A stretch of DNA of 32,000 nucleotides from Candidatus Nanopusillus acidilobi (lineage in GTDB: Archaea > Nanobdellota > Nanobdellia > Nanobdellales > Nanobdellaceae): NCBI GenBank assembly GCA_001552015.1, contig CP010514.1:420001-452000 (forward strand), given 5' to 3'. The notes under the pieces were generated by a model. The model was not told the origin of the DNA. It ran no database searches and worked only from the letters and a program-made list of their open reading frames with translations. Each line of letters starts with the position of its first letter. The stretch's first letter is position 1. This document shows positions 1 to 8,629 of the stretch, piece by piece. A program made the position numbers and the translations under genes.

Positions 1-266
1 ACTCTGTAGATCTAGTCATAATGGTTAACGCATTCCATGATATGGAGAATAAAAATAAGGTAGCTTTAGAAGTAAGTAGAATTCTTAAGCAGGGTGGCCT
101 AGCTTTAATTATAGAGTCTAAACCAGGTTTAACAATGCATGGCCCACCACCATGGTTAAGAATGAGCCCCAATGATGTAATTAAATACTTCAATAATCCT
201 CAATTTAAAGTAGAAGGTATAAAGGATTTAGGAGATTTTAACGCTATAGTAATTAAAAAGCTTTAA
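1..266 (+). CDS. C-terminal fragment of a class I SAM-dependent methyltransferase (5' end outside window)
   Basis: Frame is open to the window edge (SVDLVIMVNAFHDMENKNKVALEVSRILKQGGLALIIE...). The 'LVIMVNAFHD...EVSRILKQGGLALII' pattern matches methyltransferase motifs IV-V. Confidence 0.75.
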   Translation, partial: SVDLVIMVNAFHDMENKNKVALEVSRILKQGGLALIIESKPGLTMHGPPPWLRMSPNDVIKYFNNPQFKVEGIKDLGDFNAIVIKKL

Positions 267-381
267 CTTTTTTAGCTATAGGAATACATTTAACCAATTT
301 ATGAGATATTAATAAATTATCATAATCTATCCAAAAGAATAAAAAATAATTTTTAAGTACAATTTACATAAATAATTTATA

Positions 382-1473
382 ATGAAAAAGGTAGGTGATG
401 TTGAATTAAGATTAGCAAAAGGACCTGTTCCACATTATAGAGAATTAAAAGAATTAGAAAGAAGTATAGTAAAAGTAATTATTGAAGAATTTGGAACAGA
501 AGAATTAATAAAAAGATATTCAAATCCATTATGGTTTAATTCTTTAGCATGTTTACTTGGATTTGAATGGAACTATTCTGGAATGACTACTGTAACACTA
601 AAAGCATTAAAAGAAATATCTATAGAAGACAATTTACCAATAATTGTTTTGGGAGGAAAGGGAAAAGATTCTAAAATAACTGAAGAGATAGAAAAAAGAG
701 ATATAAAGGACAAATTAAAAGATAAGATAAAGGATATATCAATAACTTCTGCAAAAGTTGATAATTATTTAATTCAAGATGGATATAATTTATATTTTCA
801 TTTTTTAATTTCTGACGAAAAAAGCAATATGACTATTATAAATCAAAAAATGTCAATAAAGGAACAAAAAGTCAGAAGATTTCATTGGATAAATATAAAT
901 TATTTTGATGATTCCCAAATTGGTTTTGGATCAAATACAAAAACATTAAATTTAGCATCAAAAGAATCTGAAGAATTAAGGAAAAATATTTTAGAAATAC
1001 TTAATGATGAAAGAATAGAAAAAATAAAAGAATATATAATAAGATTAAAATCATATCAAAATAAAAATAATACTATATTAAAATATATTAATAAAGAAAA
1101 CAATGATTACATATTTTATCAAGAATTACCTTACTATTTGAAGATACCCGATAAAATATATTGGAAAGCATTAGAAATTAATAGGACTGTAGAAAATTTC
1201 AAGGATCTATTATTTATAAAAGGTCTTGGACCTGGATTATTAAGAGCATTAGCATATACTGCAAAAATAATATATGGAAGTGAACTATCATGGAAAGATC
1301 CAATAATATATACATTTGCACATGGAACAAAAGTTGGAAAACCATATTATGTTAAAAAAGCATTAATGTTAGAAGAAGCAGAATTATTAAAGAATGCAAT
1401 TGAAGAAGCAAAAGTTAATAATAATTTTAAGTTAAGATCTTTAAGAAAATTAAATGAATTAATTAATATATGA
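382..1473 (+). CDS. DUF763 family protein (archaeal conserved, uncharacterised)
   Basis: N-terminus MKKVGDVELRLAKGPVPHYRELKELERSIVKVIIEEFG...LASLLGFEWNYSGMTT-like and C-terminal 'LLFIKGLGPGLLRALAYTAKIIYG...DPIIYTFAHGTKVGKPYYV' resemble DUF763. Confidence 0.8.
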   Translation: MKKVGDVELRLAKGPVPHYRELKELERSIVKVIIEEFGTEELIKRYSNPLWFNSLACLLGFEWNYSGMTTVTLKALKEISIEDNLPIIVLGGKGKDSKITEEIEKRDIKDKLKDKIKDISITSAKVDNYLIQDGYNLYFHFLISDEKSNMTIINQKMSIKEQKVRRFHWININYFDDSQIGFGSNTKTLNLASKESEELRKNILEILNDERIEKIKEYIIRLKSYQNKNNTILKYINKENNDYIFYQELPYYLKIPDKIYWKALEINRTVENFKDLLFIKGLGPGLLRALAYTAKIIYGSELSWKDPIIYTFAHGTKVGKPYYVKKALMLEEAELLKNAIEEAKVNNNFKLRSLRKLNELINI

Positions 1474-1508
1474 AAAATTTATAAAATAATGGTGTTATAT
1501 ATTACTAA

Positions 1509-2213
1509 ATGGCTGAAGAAATTTTAAGTGAGGAAGATAAACAAACATTAAAAGAAATGTTCGACAAAAGCTTGAAGAACCCGGTAGAAATAACTGTATA
1601 CTTGGATGAAAAAAATAATAAGGAAACTAGTGATTTTGCAAGAAAAATTGGAGAACTATTAATGCAAATAAATGATAAGATAAAGTTTGAATTCCTAGAT
1701 GCATATGATCCAAAGGTAGAAGAAGAAATGAAAAGCAAGAATTTATTAATAGATAAATATGGAAATAGAAGAGGTCCAATATTTGTATTCAAGAAATATC
1801 CAGGAATTATATATTATGGATTACCATCTGGAGAAGAATTTCCAATATTTTTAGAAGATATAATACATGTATCAAATGAACATTTTGACATAGATGGAGC
1901 TACAGCAAAGAAATTGGCATTAATAAATGAACCTTTAGATATATATGTATTTGTAACTCCAACATGTCCATATTGTCCATATATGACACATCATTCCCAT
2001 CAATTTGCAATGGTAAAAAATAATATTAGAGGAATAATGATCGAATCATATGAATTTCCAGAGTTTGCTGAAAAATTCAAAGTATATGGTGTACCACATA
2101 TTGCAATAATAGATAAAGACGGAAATACTATAACAGAATGGGAGGGGGCTATTGCAGAAATGGAAATATTTGCTAACAAAATAAAAGAAAGCTTAGAAAA
2201 AGTTTCTAAATAG
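1509..2213 (+). CDS. Protein disulfide oxidoreductase (tandem thioredoxin-fold, glutaredoxin-like)
   Basis: Two-domain thioredoxin-fold length (234 aa); C-terminal domain has TPTCPYCPYMTHH (CPYC active site) and cis-Pro motif GVPH. Confidence 0.85.
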   Translation: MAEEILSEEDKQTLKEMFDKSLKNPVEITVYLDEKNNKETSDFARKIGELLMQINDKIKFEFLDAYDPKVEEEMKSKNLLIDKYGNRRGPIFVFKKYPGIIYYGLPSGEEFPIFLEDIIHVSNEHFDIDGATAKKLALINEPLDIYVFVTPTCPYCPYMTHHSHQFAMVKNNIRGIMIESYEFPEFAEKFKVYGVPHIAIIDKDGNTITEWEGAIAEMEIFANKIKESLEKVSK

Positions 2214-2220
2214 ATATATT

Positions 2221-2229
2221 TTTATAAAT
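2221..2229 (+). promoter_or_regulatory. Putative TATA box (TTTATAAAT) 30 nt upstream of the ORF start at 2251
   Basis: TTTATAAAT begins 30 nt before ATG; same spacing recurs at other genes. Confidence 0.55.
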
Positions 2230-2250
2230 TTTGACATATATTGGATTTTT

Positions 2251-2700
2251 ATGTTGGATAACTATAGAATAATTGATACAAAAGATAATCCAATAACAAC
2301 AATAGGTACTGGAATATATATTTTCCATATATCCGAAGCTTCATATTTTAATATTAAAAACCCCGAAAACCCAATTGAAGTAATTGCAAGTATATATATA
2401 CCACAAAATCCATATGAAAAAATTATTGAAGATTTAGCAAAATATAACAAAAAAATATCAGATTCATATAAATTAGATGGAATTATTATTGGCATTTCTC
2501 ATAGAGGACCCCGATATAATCAACTAGAAAGGAAAATAAATAGAAAACCAGTAGAAATTTTATCAGATGACAGTTTAATAAGTAAAGTAGAAATGATAAC
2601 AAATAATAATGCTTTATATCAATTAATAAATAATAAAGGAGACATTGAAATAGCCGTTAAAATAAATATTTTCCAAAATTATCAAAGCCTTGATTTATAA
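2251..2700 (+). CDS. Hypothetical protein (149 aa)
   Basis: Complete ORF with a TATA-like box upstream; no family recognised. Confidence 0.6.
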   Translation: MLDNYRIIDTKDNPITTIGTGIYIFHISEASYFNIKNPENPIEVIASIYIPQNPYEKIIEDLAKYNKKISDSYKLDGIIIGISHRGPRYNQLERKINRKPVEILSDDSLISKVEMITNNNALYQLINNKGDIEIAVKINIFQNYQSLDL

Positions 2701-2702
2701 AA
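2694..2702 (+). promoter_or_regulatory. Putative TATA box (TTTATAAAA) 30 nt upstream of the thioredoxin reductase ATG
   Basis: TTTATAAAA begins 30 nt before ATG at 2724 and overlaps the preceding stop codon. Confidence 0.5.
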
Positions 2703-2723
2703 TTTTTTGAATATCTTTTTTCT

Positions 2724-3695
2724 ATGCCAATAAGTTTATCACTAGGCAATATATCTACCACAGAAAATCTAGATAAAGAATGGGATGTAATTATTGTAGG
2801 AGGAGGTCCTGCAGGTTATTCTGCTGCATTATATTGCGGAAGATATAGATTAAAAACATTGATAATAACGAAAGATATTGGAGGAACATTAAATGATGCA
2901 GATATTGTTGATGATTATCCCGGATTAGAAAACATTAAAGGATCTGAAATGGGAAAAATATTTAAAAAACATGCAGAAAAATATGGAGCAAAAACATTAC
3001 TAGAAAGCGTTGTTAGAATTGAAAAGTTACCTGATGGAAATTTTAAAGTTCTTACTAATCTAGGTAAAGAATTTATTGCAAAAGCTATTATAATTGCAAC
3101 AGGCTCTCAAAGAAGAAAATTGGGTGTTCCTGGAGAGAATTTAAAAGGCGTATCATATTGCGCAGAATGTGATGCTCCAATTTTTAAAGATAAAATCGTT
3201 GGAGTAGTTGGTGGAGGAAATAGCGCATTCCATGATGCTCAAGTACTAGCACAGCATGCAAAAGAAGTATATATAATTCATAGAAGAGATGAATTTAGAG
3301 CAGATCCTGTAGAAGTTGAAGAAGCAAAAAAGAATCAAAAAATTAAATTTATACTAAATAAAGTTGTAAAAGAAATAAAAGGAACCGAAAAGGTTGAAGA
3401 AGTAGTTTTGCAAGATACAAAAACAGGAGAAATTAGCTCAATGAAATTGGATGGATTATTTGTAGCAATAGGATTAGTTCCATTATCTGAAATAGTTAAG
3501 AGTTTAAATGTAAATATGGATGAAAGTGGACATATAATTGTAGATCAATGTGGAAAAACAAATGTAGTAGGATTGCTTGCTGCAGGGGATGTAACAACTC
3601 AGATATGCAATTTAAGACAGGTTGTTACTTCAGCAGCACAAGGTGCTGTAGCTGCATATAGTGCTTTCCTGTATATTAAAACAAAGAAATGGTAA
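2724..3695 (+). CDS. trxB: Thioredoxin reductase-like FAD/NAD(P) disulfide oxidoreductase
   Basis: GGGPAGYSAALYCGRY (FAD), CAECDAP redox CxxC, VVGGGNSAFHDAQVLA (NADPH), GLLAAGDVT. Confidence 0.92.
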   Translation: MPISLSLGNISTTENLDKEWDVIIVGGGPAGYSAALYCGRYRLKTLIITKDIGGTLNDADIVDDYPGLENIKGSEMGKIFKKHAEKYGAKTLLESVVRIEKLPDGNFKVLTNLGKEFIAKAIIIATGSQRRKLGVPGENLKGVSYCAECDAPIFKDKIVGVVGGGNSAFHDAQVLAQHAKEVYIIHRRDEFRADPVEVEEAKKNQKIKFILNKVVKEIKGTEKVEEVVLQDTKTGEISSMKLDGLFVAIGLVPLSEIVKSLNVNMDESGHIIVDQCGKTNVVGLLAAGDVTTQICNLRQVVTSAAQGAVAAYSAFLYIKTKKW

Positions 3696-3985
3696 AAATT
3701 GAAGATATATTAAACAAATTAAGAGAAGTAACAGACCCTGAACTTGGATATGATATAATATCTTTAGGAGAAATAGAAGATGTTAGAGAAGAAAATGGAG
3801 AATATATTATAAAATTCTTACCTACATCACCTCTTTGCCCATTTATATCTGCAATTTTAGAACAAATAGATGAAAAATTGAAAGAATTAAATATATACGA
3901 AAATTCAAAGATAGAGATAGATTTTGAAAATAAATGGAGTTTAGATAGAATAAGCCCAGAAGTAAGAAAACAATTGGGAATATAA
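3689..3985 (+). CDS. MIP18/DUF59 family (SufT/PaaD-like) protein, putative Fe-S assembly factor
   Basis: 'ILNKLREVTDPELGYDIISLGEI...FLPTSPLCPF' is the DUF59 signature; overlaps trxB by 7 nt. Confidence 0.85.
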   Translation: MVKIEDILNKLREVTDPELGYDIISLGEIEDVREENGEYIIKFLPTSPLCPFISAILEQIDEKLKELNIYENSKIEIDFENKWSLDRISPEVRKQLGI

Positions 3986-4353
3986 TGGACAATAAAATTA
4001 AAAAAGAATTTGAAATGTTTTGTAAAATAAGCGGAGGAGAATATAGAGAAGGGACATATATAGAATGTGTAAAAGATAAATATTATATTAGGCTATCTGA
4101 AGAAAATGGATTAACATTCATGGCAGGTTCAAATATAACCTCAGATTTCGAAATATTGAATATAAAAGATTGTAAAATAGTTGATTGCGAAAGATTAACA
4201 AAAAGTAATGAAATGAATGAACTAGAATATTATATATTTAATATTTACTTAGATAAAGGTTTATTATCAATAAGAAGAAAAATAAAAGAGGATAAAATTA
4301 TTATATATTTAAAGACTTCAGAAATTGAATATGAATCTTCAATAGTATTTTAA
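3985..4353 (+). CDS. Hypothetical protein (122 aa)
   Basis: Start codon overlaps the upstream stop by 1 nt, suggesting translational coupling with the DUF59 gene; family unknown. Confidence 0.6.
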   Translation: MDNKIKKEFEMFCKISGGEYREGTYIECVKDKYYIRLSEENGLTFMAGSNITSDFEILNIKDCKIVDCERLTKSNEMNELEYYIFNIYLDKGLLSIRRKIKEDKIIIYLKTSEIEYESSIVF

Positions 4354-4379
4354 AATTTTTACAAAAATATTAAATGAAA

Positions 4380-4452
4380 GGGACCGTGGTCTAGTGGCTA
4401 TGACGCCACCCTTACAAGGTGGAGGTCCGGGGTTCGAATCCCCGCGGTCCCA
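4380..4452 (+). tRNA. tRNA-Val (anticodon UAC)
   Basis: Acceptor GGGACCG/CGGTCCC + A, anticodon arm CCACC-CTTACAA-GGTGG, T arm CGGGG-TTCGAAT-CCCCG. No encoded CCA. Confidence 0.97.
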
Positions 4453-4455
4453 AGA

Positions 4456-4464
4456 TTTATAAAT
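4456..4464 (+). promoter_or_regulatory. Putative TATA box (TTTATAAAT) for rpoD
   Basis: 29 nt upstream of ATG at 4485, 4 nt after the end of tRNA-Val. Confidence 0.5.
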
Positions 4465-4484
4465 AATTTTTATAAAAATCTTAA

Positions 4485-5258
4485 ATGCCAGAAATATCAT
4501 TGTTAGAAAAAGCCACTGATAAATATGCAGTTGATAAAGATAAAAAAATATATAAGTTAAAATTATTGATAAAGGATGTAACTCCAAATTTCTTAAATGT
4601 TTTAAGAAGAGCAATATTAGAAGAAGTAAAAACATTAGCAATTGAGGATGTTTATATTATAGAAAATAGTTCTGCAATTTGGGATGAAATGCTAGCACAT
4701 AGATTAGGTTTGATCGTATTAAATACTCCTGAAAATATTAAAGAAAATGAGGAAGTAAAATTTTATTTAGAAAAAAATGAAAAGGGATATGTATATGGAT
4801 CTGATTTAAAAACAGATAGGGAAGATGCATATGTAATTTATCCAGAAACAATGATTGCCTATATTGATGAAAATCAAAAAATAAAATTAGAAGCTGTTGC
4901 AGTACTTGGTAATGGAAAACAGCATGCAAAATTTATACCTGGACATGTTTATTATTATAGAACTGGAGAACTTAAATTAGAAGGAAAATTGGATGAAAAA
5001 GAATTGGAAAATCTAAAATTGTTAGGAGTAGAAATAAAGAAAAATAAAATACAAATACCAAAAGAAAAAGAATATGATAGAACTTTTTTAGATGCAATAG
5101 AAAGGGCTTCAAATGAAAAGATAAAGGTTATACCAAAAGATGAATTTGTTTTTATTATAGAATCATTTGGACAATACTCAGCAGAAAAGTTAATACCTTT
5201 AGCTATTAAAGAATTAAGAAATAAATTAAATAATTTATTAGAATTTTTATCTAAATAA
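4485..5258 (+). CDS. rpoD: DNA-directed RNA polymerase subunit D (Rpo3)
   Basis: VTPNFLNVLRRAILEEVKTLAIEDVYIIENSSAIWDEMLAHRLGLIVL...; C-terminal FIIESFGQYSAEKLIPLAIKEL, typical archaeal Rpo3/D. Confidence 0.95.
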   Translation: MPEISLLEKATDKYAVDKDKKIYKLKLLIKDVTPNFLNVLRRAILEEVKTLAIEDVYIIENSSAIWDEMLAHRLGLIVLNTPENIKENEEVKFYLEKNEKGYVYGSDLKTDREDAYVIYPETMIAYIDENQKIKLEAVAVLGNGKQHAKFIPGHVYYYRTGELKLEGKLDEKELENLKLLGVEIKKNKIQIPKEKEYDRTFLDAIERASNEKIKVIPKDEFVFIIESFGQYSAEKLIPLAIKELRNKLNNLLEFLSK

Positions 5259-5288
5259 ACTTATAAATAAATATTATATAATTTATTA

Positions 5289-5627
5289 ATGGACTGGAAG
5301 AAGGTTGTTTTAGCTTCTGTGTTTTCGGTATTAGTATCTATAGTATCACAGGAAATAGGAGCAGCAGTAGCAGTATCATTACTAATATATATGCTAGTAA
5401 AGGAGATGGATAAATGCATTATATCAAATCTTGGATTAACATTAGAATTTGCAGGAATCCTAATATATATAATGGGAATTCTATTACAGCCATTATATTC
5501 AAGCTACCAATCAATAGTTCAAGCTGGAGTTTACCTATTAGTAATAGGTCTAGTACTATTAATAATAGGATTGTTAGTAGTTATGTTAGTTAAAAATAAG
5601 GTAAAAGAAAACATATACGAAGCATAG
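5289..5627 (+). CDS. Small multi-TM hypothetical membrane protein (112 aa)
   Basis: About four hydrophobic segments; TTATAAAT box 28 nt upstream. Confidence 0.6.
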   Translation: MDWKKVVLASVFSVLVSIVSQEIGAAVAVSLLIYMLVKEMDKCIISNLGLTLEFAGILIYIMGILLQPLYSSYQSIVQAGVYLLVIGLVLLIIGLLVVMLVKNKVKENIYEA

Positions 5628-5661
5628 TCCCTTTATATATTTTTTTATATATATTTTTTGA

Positions 5662-7897
5662 ATGGATAAGAGACCCGATTATAAAATAATCGAAAAAGAA
5701 ATATTAGATCTTTGGAATAAAAATAAGGAAATTTTCAGATTTAATATTAATGAAGATAAAATATATATAATAGATACTCCACCTCCATTTACTTCTGGAG
5801 AAGCACATATGGGTCATGCTCTAGAATTTATATGGATAGATTTTTTGGCTAGATATAAAAGATTAGAAGGATATAATGTACTTTTTCCTTTGGGATTTGA
5901 TTGTCATGGTTTGCCAACAGAATTAAAAGTTATAAATAAATTAAAGATATCGAAAGAGAATAAGGAACAATTTATAAAAGCATGTATTGATTGGACAAAT
6001 AAAATGATTGAATCTATGTATAAAACGTTTGAAAGATTAGGATCATCTTTTGATAGAGATAAAGTATATAAAACAATTGATAGAAAATATGAAGCCTTTG
6101 TTCAATATACATTGATAAAAATGCTTAATGATGGTTTAATTGAAAGAAAGAGATATCCAATAATGTGGTGCCCAAAATGCCAAACAGCAATTTCAATGCA
6201 AGAAGCTGGATATTTAGAAAAAGAAGGATATCTAATATATATAAAATTACCAACAAATAACGGAAAATATATATTAATAGCAACAACAAGACCAGAATTA
6301 ATTAATTCATGTTCATTAATATTAATTGCAAAAAATAAATATGTAGAAACTGAAAATAATTTAATTGTATCAAAAATATATGCAGAAAAAAATAATTTAA
6401 AGATTATAAGAGAATATGATTATAAAGAATTAGAAAATATAGAAGTTACAATTCCATTAATCAATAGAAAAGTAAAAATTATTTCAGATAATGATGTAGA
6501 TTATAATTTTGGTACAGGAATTGTATGGGTATGTACATATGGAGATCCTCATGATATAAAATGGAAAGAAAAATATAATTTACCTGAAATAATTTCTATA
6601 TCTGAAGATGGAAGAATAATATCAAATATAAATGAAATAAATGGATTAAAAATTGAAGAGGCAAGAGAAAAAATAAAAGAAATATTAAAGGATTATATAT
6701 ATAAAATAGAAAAAATAAAACATAGTGTATTATCACATACTGAAAGATCTGACTGTTTATCACCATTAGAATTTATTCCAAAGGAACAATTCTTTATAAA
6801 AATAAAAGATTTAAAAGAAAAAATATTGGAATGGCAAAAAAATATTAAAATAATTCCTGAAAGTGAAGTAAAAAGATTAATTGATTGGATAAATAATATA
6901 GACCAGGATTGGAATATCTCTAGAACAAAAATGATATGGGGTCTCACATTTCCATTTTATGAAAAAGATGGAAAAATATATCCAGTAAATATAGAAGATT
7001 TACCAATTGATCCAAGAATAGATAAAGAAAAAATGAAAAAATACGATGGAAAATTCTTTGAAGATGAAACTGTTGATGTATGGATTGAATCCTCAATAAC
7101 ACCTTTAATAATATTATATTACGCATTAACTGAAAATAAAGAATTTAATCCAAAAGAATTGCCAGAATTATTTAATAAGATAAAGGAATATTTGCCTGTA
7201 GATTTAAGACAACAAGGATATGAAATAATAAGAACATGGCTATTTGATACAATTGTAAGGGTAAATTTATTAACAAATAAAAGCCCATGGAAGTATGTAT
7301 TAATTCATGGAATGGTATTGGATGAAAAGGGAAGAAAAATGTCAAAATCACTGGGAAATGCAATAAATCCAAATGAGATAATGGACAAATATTCTCCAGA
7401 TGCTTTAAGATATTGGGCTTTATTAGCTGCACCAGGTAATGACTATAGATTTAGTATAAAAGATATTGAATCTGGACAAGCATTTATAATAAAATTATGG
7501 AATATTGGAAGATATATTGAAATGAATATAAAAGAAAAGCCAGAAAAAATTTTAGAATTAAAAGATGAAGACAAAGAGATAATAAAAATATTAGAAGAAA
7601 ATATTAAAAAATCTAAAGAATATATTGATCAATTTAGATATTCTGAATATTTAAAATTATGGAGAAAATTTACATGGGAAGATTTTGCAAATAATTATTT
7701 AGAAAAAATAAAGGAAAGGATAAAAAATAATGACAAAACTGCAAAATATTTATTATATACTATATATAAAAATAATTCTAATTATGTTACATCCAATTTT
7801 CCCATATATAACAGAATATATATATCAACAATTATATAGAGAAAATAAATTAATAATTGAAAATAAAATTAATGAAATAAAAGATTTACTTACTTAA
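5662..7897 (+). CDS. valS: Valyl-tRNA synthetase, with an apparent +1 frame change near 7768-7772 (track ORF ends early at 7839)
   Basis: DTPPPFTSGEAHMGHA (HIGH region), DCHGLPTE, MWCPKC, DEKGRKMSKSLGN (KMSKS), APGNDYRFS. After the A5 run at 7768-7772 the other frame reads KIILIMLHPIFPYITEYIYQQLYRENKLIIENKINEIKDLLT*, the expected C-terminal synthetase sequence, ending at 7897. Confidence 0.92.
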
Positions 7898-7923
7898 TAG
7901 AGTGATTTAAAAATATAATAAAA

Positions 7924-8589
7924 TTATCTTATAAAACCTTCAGCCAATTCCTTTATTTTTTCATAAAAATTATTAGCCTTAGTAACTGCAGAAGCTAATA
8001 ATACACCTTCAGCTCCAAATTCCAATGCTTTTTTTACATCTTCTTTATTACTTATACCAGCACCGACCAATACTTTAATATTTGAATTAATTTCTTTTAT
8101 CATCTTAACAGAATTTATTACTATCTCAGGTCTTGCAGTTGATACAGAAATTCCAGTTCCTATTAATTCTGGCGGTTCTACAGCAACATAATCTGGATTT
8201 AATTTTGCAACTGCAGCAGCTACAATATTATCATTTGCACATACTACTGTAATTAAACCTAACCTTTTTGCTATATTTATTGCCTTTTCTATATCTATAA
8301 TTTTCATTGGTTTTTCTGAATGATTTATTAAAGTTCCAACAGCACCAGCCTCTTTTACAGCTTCGGGTAATATATATCCTGTATAAGCACCTGGCTCAAT
8401 TGGATCTATATGTTGTGAAAATATTTTTACTTTCTTTGCATTTCTTGATAATAAATATATATCAGTAAATTGCGGAGCAATTCCTATATCAATATTATAT
8501 TCTTCAGAGACTTTTTCAGCAGCTTCTAATAATTCTAATCCCCTTTTTCCAATTGTTTCTATATAAGATTTTAAATTTATAAGCAACAT
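7924..8589 (-). CDS. tpiA: Triosephosphate isomerase (archaeal type)
   Basis: MLLINLKSYIETIGKRGLELLEAAEKV..., VGTLINHSEKP, AVEPPELIGTGISVS, VLVGAGISNKEDVKKALEFGAEGVLLASAV. Confidence 0.95.
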   Translation of the reverse strand: MLLINLKSYIETIGKRGLELLEAAEKVSEEYNIDIGIAPQFTDIYLLSRNAKKVKIFSQHIDPIEPGAYTGYILPEAVKEAGAVGTLINHSEKPMKIIDIEKAINIAKRLGLITVVCANDNIVAAAVAKLNPDYVAVEPPELIGTGISVSTARPEIVINSVKMIKEINSNIKVLVGAGISNKEDVKKALEFGAEGVLLASAVTKANNFYEKIKELAEGFIR

Positions 8590-8596
8590 TTTATAA

Positions 8597-8621
8597 TTTA
8601 TAAAATTCGTAAATTTATAAA
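8597..8621. promoter_or_regulatory. Compact divergent promoter region between tpiA (-) and the P-type ATPase (+)
   Basis: Two TATA-like elements: TTTATAAAA at 8597-8605 (+), 33 nt from ATG 8630; ATTTATAAA at 8613-8621 (- strand TTTATAAAT), 32 nt from the tpiA start at 8589. Confidence 0.5.
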
Positions 8622-8629
8622 AATTTATA

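Noticed and set aside
4339-4641. Minus-strand 100-aa ORF covering tRNA-Val
   Set aside because: It is antisense to a confident tRNA and rpoD start, and contains the translated complement of the tRNA; coding is implausible.
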